Below are positions 1 to 9,953 of a DNA stretch of 64,000 nucleotides, piece after piece. A model generated the notes under the pieces. The model ran no database searches, had not been told where the DNA came from, and saw only the letters and a list, made by a program, of their open reading frames with translations. The position numbers and the translations under genes were made by a program. The stretch's first letter is position 1. Each line of letters opens with the position of its first letter. Origin of the DNA: Myxococcota bacterium (GTDB lineage: Bacteria; Myxococcota_A; SURF-8; G963663525); assembly GCA_963676915.2 (NCBI GenBank), contig CAXXVK010000043.1, positions 224,001-288,000 of the forward strand, given 5' to 3'.

Positions 1-640
1 GTAGCCGCGCGACGCCCTCGATGCCACCTCCGGCGCTCATCACGTTGACCATGCCGATCAGTGAAAACGTGAACAAAAAGATCCAAAAATGGAACTCGTC
101 GGTCATGACGGAATAAAGGATTTCTCCTGTGCCTACGGTTGCGCCGGTCAGAGGTCCGAAGGTTGAGCCGTCCACGCCGTTCAATAACGCCCCGATGCAC
201 AAACCACCAAATAAGGAAAGCAACAGGCGACGGGTGGCGATAGCCAGCGCGACGGCCAGTAGTGCAGGAATCAAAGCGCTCCAATGGGCTTGTGTAATTG
301 TTGCGCCGATCCGTTCGTCATCTTGAGAGTCTGGGATTTTCAGCGGGATTTTTTCCAAACTCAGGCGATTTCCCACTTGTTTCAGAGAGAGCATCACGTG
401 CCCTTCAACCGTGCGCGACGTGTTGCACTGACGCTCGATTTCTTTGGACAGCGGGGCGAGATCCGTGGGGGAGTCGATGACCAGCCGGGGACCGTCTTCG
501 CCACACAAGGGCAGGGAATCCACCAGGCGGCGGGCCTCGTGCTCGTTCAATCGTGCGGAATTTACCGGAATCTGCGATAGCAGTAGAAAGAAAGCGAACA
601 AAACCGCACAAACCAGTCCGACGCGACGGAAAAGACTCAT
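1..640 (-). CDS. Na+/H+ antiporter NhaC-family membrane protein, 3' end outside window
   Basis: Manual translation from ATG 640: signal-like N-terminus, then WSALIPALLAVALAIATRR...IFLFTFSLIGMVNVMSAGGGIEG, typical of the NhaC-like N-terminal helices. Open to the window edge. Confidence 0.7.
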   Translation of the reverse strand, partial: MSLFRRVGLVCAVLFAFFLLLSQIPVNSARLNEHEARRLVDSLPLCGEDGPRLVIDSPTDLAPLSKEIERQCNTSRTVEGHVMLSLKQVGNRLSLEKIPLKIPDSQDDERIGATITQAHWSALIPALLAVALAIATRRLLLSLFGGLCIGALLNGVDGSTFGPLTGATVGTGEILYSVMTDEFHFWIFLFTFSLIGMVNVMSAGGGIEGVARL

Positions 641-761
641 TGGGTTCCCTTTAGGCAGGTTCAAATAGAATTATTATAGATCGTTTTTTGACGTTCAATG
701 AACGAATTTTTAAAAGGAGATGTCGAGGTTCTCCCATTCTTTCAAATATTTGTACGCAAAA

Positions 762-2340
762 TCATTGAATCAAATTGGCGAAAAATCGTTCATTTTCATG
801 GAATGCACGGCGGCTGTCGAGACCGGTTTGACCATCGAGCGGGTAGGTAATATGGAGATGCTTTCCTGAGATCGCAGACGGTTCCCCGTTTTGTATGGGA
901 CCGAGGGCAATCTCGAAATAAGAGGTTTCATTGGCCCAGGTTAAAAGAACCAACTGATGGTTTTTGCGTGTCAGTCGTATCAAAGTATGATTGCTAGGCA
1001 ACCTGTTGGCTTGAAGGATAAACGGTCTGAATGTATGAAGAATGCGGGCCAAAAGGACCGGGAACCGGATATCGCCTTCTTCTTCCGCTTGTTGTTTGGC
1101 TTGTTTGATTGAAGCTAGAAGTCCGTTTCTTCCAAGATTTCTATCTTTGGGTTCCGGCCGTGACGAAGGAGGGGAGATGCTGCGATTTTCTTGCTGAGGT
1201 TCTTCTTCCTCTGGGACGTAATCCTTTTTTCTATCCATAGCGTAGCTGACGACGCGGTCGGTCGGTTTGGGAATCTTATCGAAGTGGTCGCCGATGATGT
1301 CGGAAACGGCACTTTTTTCGTGATTTTGCAAGGCGTCGGGTGGGTCGGTAACGAGGGGTGTCATGTGCCGGGAACACCAATCGCAGCCGGGACAGTTCCA
1401 GTCGCATCGCTCCAGTTTGTCGATACTGTTTGCCGATTCCCTGTATCGATATCGCGGGTGGATGTCGGACTCCATCCGTACGTAATCTGCGAGAGTTCGC
1501 AGGTTTTCTTCGGTGCTGGCCATTCGGTCGCAAAGTTTTACGAGATCGACTGCTCCTGCGTATTGGGGCAAGTGAAACGGCAGAACTTCTTTTTTCAGCA
1601 TGTGCCAGAGTTCCAGGCGTTCTTTGATGAAACGGCAGAACGAATCGGTACAGAAAAAGCGTGGGTCCCAGTTCTTCGGCCGATGAAGCCGCCGCAGCGA
1701 TCCAGTGGTTGATTTCCGCAGGACAAGAGGGCATACAGCCATCGGAAACCACGAGTTTTACTTTGAAACCGGCTTTGGAAATTTGCCGAAGAATATGAGG
1801 CTTTTTGTTGATGTTGCGATCCACGGTGACGGTATTGGAGCCTATGTGTCGGCTCCAATACATGGCTTTGAAAGAACTGTCGATTTTCGCAATAACCGAC
1901 ATGTCGATAGGTAGGTTTGCATAGCGATTTCTCAGACGGTGCGCCCAAACGAAATCGGACACTGAAATTCGGATATCCGCGACATCCAACAGGCGGTCGA
2001 GGTGGTCGAACAAAAGATTCTCGTCCACGCGCCAGGGTAGAGGCTGAAGGTTCAGAACGACATTCAGGGCTACATTGTCCGAGGTCAGTTGCTGGCCGAG
2101 AGAAAGTAGTTGTTGCAAGTGTTCTTCAGGGGTTAGAGGGTCCACCAGCACCCGTGCCGAAGGGAAAACGTCATGATGCAGTGAGGCGTAGACTTCTTCG
2201 ATCAAAGCGCGATAAGGTCGTACTTTTTCCCACATTTCCGGGTCCATGTTCCCCGGAAAGCTGACACGGAACCCGAGATCCAGAAAACGTCGAATGGTTT
2301 CGGGGGTAAGGTTGATGCTCTCTGCATGAAGAGTCGGCAT
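762..2340 (-). CDS. Peptidase U32-like (Fe-S) protein, split by a frameshift near 1690
   Basis: ORF 1276..2340 has U32-like segments (LNVVLN, DMSVIAKI, VTVDRNINK, LVVSDGCMPSCP). ORF 762..1742 continues with VDLVKLCDR and CDWNCPGCDWC. Confidence 0.6.
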
Positions 2341-2658
2341 GAGAGTTCCTCAAAGAACGACGCGATCCGGGGAAATACCGATTTCGAAAAATCGAGTTGA
2401 ATGTGGAAAGGGTTCGAAATTCAGGAAAATCTCATCCGAAAAATGACCTTTCCCGTTCACAACGATGACATCGTGTTGCATGTTTCCACAGGCAGCACCA
2501 AACCACAGTGACCTTCCCCTGAGGCGTGGTTGTTTTCTATAGGATGCATGAATAAAATGTATGAATTGTATTATATTGCGATAAGCAAAAAAAACAAGTG
2601 AAAAGTTATTACCTTTTTACGAAAATCCAATGTTACATGATGGAATAAAGTAAAGAGA

Positions 2659-2856
2659 TCAACTGCTTATACTATTATTTTTGTTTTTTGTTAGGATCTT
2701 CTTCGCTAATTTCGGGAGACGTTTCAGGAGGATAACAGCCCCATTATCATCTATCTGAACAAACCTTGCTGCATCCGCTTGACAGATGGGGCAAGGAACG
2801 TCTGGGGTGTCGCCTTCGTTGGTGTATCCGCAGATTGTGCACAGCCAGTAAGCCAC
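2659..2856 (-). CDS. Rubredoxin-like small protein
   Basis: WLCTICGY...PCPICQA, two CxxC knuckles; probable GTG start at 2856. Confidence 0.75.
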   Translation of the reverse strand: MAYWLCTICGYTNEGDTPDVPCPICQADAARFVQIDDNGAVILLKRLPKLAKKILTKNKNNSISS

Positions 2857-3017
2857 GGGATTTTCTTTCGAATGGTATGAACCTCTCCCTATGTAACCCG
2901 ATAAGCGATGAGTCGTCAAGGTTTTATCCCGACGTTTCATAGGCTCAACCGGTTGTCAATTGCATAGAACGATGATATCGTTTTGTATCTTTGGTGGTTG
3001 AAGGGCAGGGGGAAAAC

Positions 3018-3511
3018 ATGGCCGAATCCCAGGGAACCTTGAATCTTGTAGATATCCTCGATATTGCCGTCCAGATGGAGAAAAAAGCCGTAATATTTTA
3101 CCGTGAAGCCAGCGAACGTTTCGAAGATATTTCGAAAAAAAGTAGCTTGCTTGCCATGAGTAAAATGGAAGAAGAACATGTTCGTCTTTTTTGCGATTTG
3201 AGAGAAAGTGCAGCGAATTTGACAGGAAACGAAATCGAAGATGACGAAGAGTTCGTTGAAATCGATTATGCATTCTGGTTCGATAAAAGCCTTTTCGAAA
3301 TGAACGACGATCTGTCGAAGATTCTGGACTCGTTGAAAACGTTTAAAGATATTGTACTTTTCGCCATCGAAATGGAAAACCGTTCCATCCTGTTTTACTC
3401 GGGTTTGCGAAAGTTTGTGGGAGTAGTGCCGCATGGAATGTCATCAACCAGATCGTCAAAGAAGAATACCGCCACGGTCGCGATCTTGTTGGGATGTTGC
3501 CGAAAGAATAA
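3018..3511 (+). CDS. Ferritin-like (rubrerythrin-type diiron) protein, frameshift near 3420
   Basis: AVQMEKKAVIFY...MEEEH and AIEMENRSILFY. The second ExxH (KEEYRH) is in the shifted frame, which ends TAA at 3511. Confidence 0.75.
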
Positions 3512-3541
3512 AAGACGTTTCACTTGCCTGAAAGGATAATC

Positions 3542-4803
3542 ATGTCGGTTCTATATGATGCCTCACGGCCCAAAGCCTGGGTGCTTGCCATCGGTGAAGA
3601 GATTCTGCGTGGTGAATTGGTGGATACCAACACGGCGTTTTTGTCTGAACGATTGGAAAAGCTCGGGTTTTCGGTACGGCGTCAACTGACGATAGGGGAT
3701 GATCGGTGCGAGCTGATGGAAATTCTTCGGGAAGCCGCTCGCATGGCTCGGGTTGTTGTTTGTACGGGCGGATTGGGACCGACCGGCGACGACATAACCG
3801 CTGCCAGTGCCGCCGAAGCTTTTGGGAGAACAACGAAGCTCGACGAACAAGCCCGCCGCATGGTGGAAGAACGGATCGCCGTGTACGGTCTCAAGCCGGA
3901 TGCCGCCAATCTGAAACAGGCGGAAATTCCCGAGGGTGCGCGAATCGTACCCAATCCTCTGGGAACTGCTCCGGGAATCGAAATGGACGAGAATGGGTGC
4001 ACATTGTTTTTCCTACCGGGCGTTCCTCGGGAAATGAAACCCATGTTCCAGGAAACGGTTGAAACGAAACTGAAAGAGATTTCAGGGGGGGCGGAGGCTG
4101 GGACATCGGTGAAACTGTCGTTTTTCGCATCGGGGAATCTCGCGTTGCCAAAGCGGTTGCCGATTTGGAGCAGGCAAACCCGGATATCGCATTTCGATAC
4201 CGTTTTACATTTCCGGTAAATCATCTGACGTTGCAGGCTACCGAAGGACGGGCCGACGCAAAATTGACCGAGATTGTTGAAACAATTGCGGAACGACTCG
4301 AAAAATACCTGTTTAGTCGGAATGGAAAAAGCCACCCAGAGGTGGTGTTCGAGTTGCTTCGGCAGCACGGGAATACTCTCGCTACGGCGGAATCCTGTAC
4401 GGGGGGCTGGATTGCCAAGCTGATCACGGATCTTCCGGGGTCTAGTGATGTATTTCACGAAGGTGTGGTGACGTATTCCAACGAAGCTAAAATGCGCCTG
4501 TTAGGGGTTCCCGAGGCGATGATTGCAGAGCACGGGGCCGTCTCCGAGCCTGTGGTTCGTGCGATGGCCGAAGGAATGAAGAGTCGAGTGGGAACGGATT
4601 TTGCCGTGGCGGTCAGCGGTGTGGCAGGTCCGGGAGGTGGGTCCGAAGAAAAGCCGGTCGGGACCGTCTGGTTGGGGATGGCGCATCCCGAAGGCGTTGT
4701 AAGCACGTGCAGGCGCTTTCCCGGTTCGAGAGAAGCGGTGCGGTTGTTGTCGGCCCATGCCGCCTTGGAGTTGGTTCGTCGCCATTTGAAAGGTTTTTTG
4801 TAA
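3542..4803 (+). CDS. cinA: CinA/PncC competence-damage inducible protein (NMN deamidase), frameshift near 4120-4135
   Basis: IGEEILRGELVDTN, TGGLGPTGDDIT and LPGVPREM in the first ORF; ATAESCTGG, HGAVSE and SGVAGPGGGSEEKPVG in the second. Confidence 0.88.
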
Positions 4804-4874
4804 CACGTGAGGATTTATAAAACTAAGGAATGTGGCGAAAGTCAGGGCGGTTTTTCAAAACAAGCGAAAATTTC

Positions 4875-4903
4875 TTGACAGCGGAAACGGCTTGGAGTAC
4901 AAA
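4875..4903 (+). promoter_or_regulatory. Sigma70-type promoter of the tRNA-Gly/tRNA-Cys pair
   Basis: TTGACA-N17-TACAAA, ending about 25 bp upstream of tRNA-Gly. Confidence 0.55.
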
Positions 4904-4928
4904 CCGGACCGTCTCGTTCTTTGAATAC

Positions 4929-5002
4929 GCGGGAATAACTCAGTGGTAGAGTGCGACCTTGCCAAGGTCGAAGTCGCGGGTTCAAATCCGTTTCCCGCTC
5001 CA
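4929..5002 (+). tRNA. tRNA-Gly(GCC)
   Basis: GCGGGAA acceptor stem, anticodon loop TTGCCAA, GGTTCAAATCC T-arm (apparently one C short), CCA end. Confidence 0.93.
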
Positions 5003-5059
5003 TACGAACGCAAGTGGCGGACTCTTGAGTCCGCCCTTTCCTTGTGGTTCTCCCAAGGG

Positions 5060-5133
5060 GGCGCCGTGGCCAAGTGGTAAGGCAGAGGTCTGCAAAATCT
5101 CCATCACCGGTTCGAATCCGGTCGGCGCCTCCA
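5060..5133 (+). tRNA. tRNA-Cys(GCA)
   Basis: GGCGCCG/CGGCGCC acceptor stem, anticodon loop CTGCAAA, GGTTCGAATCC, CCA end. Confidence 0.95.
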
Positions 5134-5967
5134 ATTTTTCCTTTACATTCCGAAAGTGGACACGTTAGGACAATCATCGTCCCATACGAGGTCGTCCCTT
5201 CGCTTGTTGGCTAGGAGAGAAGAAAAACACGCAAAATCCAAAATGGGGGAAATGCTTCCGGGTTGATCTGTACGTGAGGATAAACCCAGAAGGGGTGTGT
5301 CGTTTTTTGACGGGAAACGGATCGAAAAATGACGGTAGGAAGAACTTTTTTCTTTTTTTCCTGTTTTCTGAAGCTGTGCAACAAATCCGGTGAGCTTTCG
5401 GTTTCTGTTGTAACGGCCTTTCATGTTTGTGCATTTTCTCAAGGAAGCCTGCTTTTTAGAAATATTGAATAGAATTATTCTAAGCGTTTGAAATAATAAA
5501 GAATCTTCCAAAGTTTGGAGCATCTAATACAAAAAGGGTCATATGCCTAAGTTTTGTATTGTTTCTAAATGTGTAAAAATGTGTGTTACGAAATTGAAAA
5601 CAGTATGCTAGGCGACTTTTTGGACCGAAAAAAGTTAGGTGTCTATAATAAATCACGCCTCTGTCCCAGCCGGGAACCTGTGCAAAACTCTTGTTTAACC
5701 TAGGACTTTATGGTACTCCTTTCAGTCGGTGGCATCGTGGTGGCTGCCTGCAAAGATAGAGTGCTGAAACCCCGTTGATACGACAGTTTTCGACGGGCGA
5801 CCCAAAGGTTCCTGCTAACTGCGGGTTTACATAGTCAAGGTTATATGGCGTCGTTAGGTGATTCATAACTGGATCTTTACCGGAGAAAGCGTCGTAGTGC
5901 GTCAAAAGACGGCGTGCGTTCCGGCGAGGATCGAAATTTCCGATGGGTAAGCAAAGGAGATCCCGAA

Positions 5968-6186
5968 ATGATTGAAACCAAGGAAAAGAAAAAAGACTGG
6001 AAAGGCGATGAAGTGGAGGTTCTTGGTGCGACCTATGAAGAGGGTGTCGCCAAAGATGCCGACCGCTGGCGCGGAAAAATGCGGAACCGCGAAGAGATGA
6101 TGAGTTATATCAAAAGCAGCTTCCGCTATTGGTATGCCAAGGACGAGGAAGTTTTCGGCAGCGAGAAACGCAAAACTCCTGCGTAA
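5968..6186 (+). CDS. Small hypothetical protein leading the acs operon
   Basis: AAGGAGA RBS before ATG 5968; 72 aa, Trp/Tyr-containing; 65 bp upstream of acsD. Confidence 0.7.
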   Translation: MIETKEKKKDWKGDEVEVLGATYEEGVAKDADRWRGKMRNREEMMSYIKSSFRYWYAKDEEVFGSEKRKTPA

Positions 6187-6251
6187 GAACCCGTACTTGT
6201 CAAGAGTAAGAAACCGAAACTAATTCCAAACTTTACCTGTGGAGTGAATAT

Positions 6252-7762
6252 ATGGCTGTTGAAATTCCCAAATCTTCCTATTCGGGATCGATACGGGAAA
6301 TCGCTGTGAAAGGCGATAAAGGGTTTACCGTTGGTGGCGAAACCACTATGCCCTTTTACTCTTTCGAAGGCGAGATGCCCCATAAGACCCGAATTGCAAT
6401 CGAAATCAACGATATCGTCCCCGAGGAATGGGCACCCGAACTGAACAACGTTTGGGGTGATGTCTACAAAGATCCGGTAGCCTGGGCCAAAAAAGCGCAG
6501 GACGAATTCCACGCGGATATGATTCACCTCGAATTGGTCGGTACCGATCCCAACGGCAAAAACCTTGGACCGGAGCACGCAGCGGAAGTCGCCAAAAAAG
6601 TGGCGGATGCCATCGACGTGCCGTTGACGGTCTGGGGATCGTCCAACCAACCCAATGACATCAAGATTCTTCGCGCCGTGGCGGAAGCGATCACGGATCG
6701 TCAAGTTCTCATCGGACCGATCCAGGACGAGAATTACAAGCAGATCGGCGCAGGCGTCATGGCGTACAACCATATTGCCGTGGCCAACTCTCCCATTGAC
6801 ATCAACCTGGCCAAACAGCTTAATATTTTGCTGAGCCAATTGGGTGTCAAGGATGATCAGATCATTATCGATCCGACCATCGGTGGCTTGGGATACGGCC
6901 TGGAATATGCCTATTCGGTCATGGAACGCGCACGTCTGGCCGCTCTGGTCCAACAGGACGATAAACTCCAGTACCCGATTTATGCCAACCTGGGTCGGGA
7001 AGCCTGGAAGTCCAAAGAAGTCAAGCAGACCATCGAAGAAGCTCCCGAACTGGGCGATCCCGTTACTCGGGGTATCCTCGTCGAAGCCGTAACCGCCGTG
7101 GCCTGCCTGGTTTCCGGTGCGAACGTGCTGGTTCTGCGCCATCCCAAAACCATCGAACTGATTCGGCAATTCACCGACGAACTGACGTCGGACGAAGCGC
7201 CGGTGTATGTAAAGCTTCCCGAAGCCTCTGGTGCTGTGGAAGTGAAGTTGGATGCCAAGGCTGCGCCGAAGCCCGCAAAGAAAGCCGCGCCGAAACCGGC
7301 CGCCAAACCGGCAGCAGACGACGACAAGAAGAAGAAAGAAGCCGAGGCGAAAGCCAAAGCGGATGCCGAAGCCAAGAAGAAGGCCGAGGCGGAAGCGAAG
7401 GCAAAGGCAGAAGCCGAAGCAAAAGCCAAGGCGGAAGAAGATAAGAAAAAGCCGAAGAAGCGGCCAAAGTAAAGGCCATGGAAGAAGCCAAGGCCAAAGA
7501 AGAAGCCAAACCCGCACCGACGGCGGCTCCTGTGGTGGAAGCCAAGGAAGAAACCGTCACGCTTTCTGCGGATGCGGCCAGTGTAGACGTTGCGAAGTCC
7601 ATCAGTCTTCCCGGATCGGCCAGTGGTCCCGTGACAATCGTCATCACCGTTGGTGAGGAAGAAGAAGACGATGCGGATATTGCCGCACTTCGCGCCATTG
7701 TAGAACAGCAACAGGCTGCTATTAAAGCTCTCAAGGAGCAACTGAAAAGGAGAATGTCGTGA
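6252..7762 (+). CDS. acsD: Corrinoid Fe-S protein small (delta) subunit with long K/A/E/P-rich C-terminal extension; frameshift near 7450
   Basis: VGGETTMPFYSFEG, SPIDINLAKQLN, GGLGYGLEYAYSVMER and LVLRHP motifs. One added A in the 7446-7450 A-run joins ORF 6252..7472 to ORF 7478..7762. Confidence 0.9.
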
Positions 7763-9901
7763 AAATTGAAATCAAAGTCGGAGAAGAGAAAAAGGGATCA
7801 GGGATTGCCTCGAATCTGAAAGCTCTGATCGAGCAACAGAAGGCTGAATTGGCCGAGTTGCGCAATCTCATCGAAGGTGCTCCCGCTGCTCCCGCCGCCG
7901 CTGCAGCTCCTGCTGCTGCCAAGCCCGCTGCGGCGAAAGTCGTGGCCGCCAAGCCCAAACCGAAAAAGCCGGCTGGTCCGAAAAGCGTAGATTCCACCGC
8001 GTTGGAGACGTTGGATATCGCAAAAGACCTCAATGTCATGACCGCTTGGGATCGTCTCGAAAAACAAACTCCTCAATGCTCCTTCGGTTCGGGCGGCATC
8101 TGCTGCCGTATCTGCTCGATGGGTCCATGCCGGATCAAGAAGACCAAAGAAGGCGAACCCGAAAGCCGAGGCGTTTGCGGTGCGACCGCCGACGTTATCG
8201 CCGCTCGTAACTTCGTTCGTATGATCGCTGCCGGTGCATCGGCTCACTCCGACCACGGACGCGCCGTGGCCGAAACTCTGGTGTTGACCGCCAAGGGTGA
8301 AGCTCCCGGTTACGAAATCAAGGACGAGCAGAAACTTCTGATGATCGCTCTGGACTTCGGTATCGAAATCGAAGGTCGCACGATCAATGAAATCGCTCTG
8401 GATGTCGGCGAAACAGCCCTGGCCGAGTTCGGCAAGCAGAGTGGCGAATTGCTGTTCCTCAAGCGTGCCCCGCTGAAACGTCAGCAAATCTGGCGTGAAA
8501 ACAACATGGCTCCGCGTGGTGTGGACCGTGAGATCGTCGAAATCATGCACCGTACCCACATGGGTGTGGACCAGGAAATGCACAGCCTGATGGAGCAAGG
8601 CTCCCGCGCCGCCATCGGCGACGGCTGGGGCGGATCGATGATCGGCACCGAGCTGCAGGACATCCTGTTCGGTACCCCCCGTTCCGATCATGGGCGAAGC
8701 CAACCTCGGTATCCTAAAAGAGGATCAGGTCAATATCATTATTCATGGTCACGAACCTATTCTTTCCGAGCAGATCGTTGCCGCAGCGCAAGATCCCGAA
8801 TTGCTCGAATATGCGAAATCCAAAGGTGCCAATGGCATCAACCTGGGTGGTATCTGCTGCACCGCCAACGAAATTCTGATGCGCCACGGCGTGAACGTAG
8901 CCGGTGACTTCCTGCAACAGGAACTGGCCATCGTGACGGGTGCTGTGGAAGCCATGGTCGTGGATGTACAGTGCATTATGTGCTCGCTACCCAACGTGGC
9001 GGAGAAATTCCACACCAAGATCATCACCACCAGCCCGCGTGCCAAGATGAACGATGCCGAGCACATCGAATTCCACGAGCACGATGCGGTCAACACGGCG
9101 AAGAAGGTCGTCAAAATGGCGATCGACAACTTCCCGAATCGTGGCGAAAACATCAAGATTCCGAAGAAAACCCAGAAACTGGTCGCCGGATTCTCCCACG
9201 AAACCGTCAGCTACCTTCTCGGTGGTGTCTTCCGCTCCTCCTATCGTCCGTTGAACGACAACATCATCAACGGAAAGATTCGCGGTATTGGCGGCGTCGT
9301 CGGTTGCAACAACCCGAAAGCCACCCATGACCGGTATCACATCGATATGGTCAAAGAACTGATCAAGAACGACGTTATCGTTCTTATGACCGGTTGCGGT
9401 GCGTTGGCTCTGGCCAAAGAAGGTCTGTTGGTGCCTGAAGCGGCGAAGGAATTCGCAGGTCCGGGGCTGGCGGAAGTTTGCGAGACCGTCGGTATCCCGC
9501 CGGTGCTCCATATGGGTTCTTGTGTAGACAACTCCCGCATCCTTATGGCGGCCACGGCTGTCGTCAAGGAAGGTGGACTGGGCGACGACATCAGCGACCT
9601 TCCGGCTGCCGGTGCCGCTCCCGAGTGGATGAGCGAAAAAGCCATTTCGATCGGCCAGTACTTCGTGGCATCCGGTGTGTACACCATTTTCACCACGGCA
9701 TTCCCGACCCTGGGTTCCCAGAAATTCACCGACTTCCTGTTCAAAGATTACGAGAACATCGTCGGCGGTATGTGGGACTACGAGGAAGATCCGGTGGAAG
9801 CAGCCCGCAAGATGATCGCCCACATCGACAAGAAGCGCAAAGCGTTGGGTATCGATAAAGCCCGCGAGCGTGTCCTGGTCGGTATGGAAGACCGCATCTA
9901 A
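7759..9901 (+). CDS. cooS: Anaerobic Ni-CO dehydrogenase catalytic subunit; frameshift in C-run 8675-8680
   Basis: QCSFG..GICCRICSMGPC, AHSDHGR, HGHEP, GICCT, DVQC, GCNN, GSCVD and EWMSEKA cluster ligands. Removing one C restores FGTPVPIMGEANLG. Confidence 0.93.
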
Positions 9902-9953
9902 ACAGGCTATCGTGTATACGAGTAATTCTCTTGACTCATAAAGGAGTATTTCG

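Noticed and set aside
716-735. GGAGATG...GTTCTCC resembling a fluoride riboswitch near the NhaC-like gene
   Set aside because: Wrong strand for that gene, wrong spacing, and no 3' pseudoknot segment.
2350-2481. 43-aa minus-strand ORF (MQHDVIVV...) just upstream of the U32-like gene as a RiPP precursor
   Set aside because: Weak RBS, no leader/core pattern, and no transporter or other modification genes nearby.
5750-5900. c-di-GMP, cobalamin or THF riboswitch before the acs operon
   Set aside because: Only fragmentary resemblance (GGGCGACCCAAAG); the conserved cores could not be matched by eye.
7441-7472. Programmed -1 frameshift in acsD
   Set aside because: The site is G-AAA-AAG rather than a full A-AAA-AAG heptamer, no stimulatory hairpin is evident, and homopolymer indels are common in this window.
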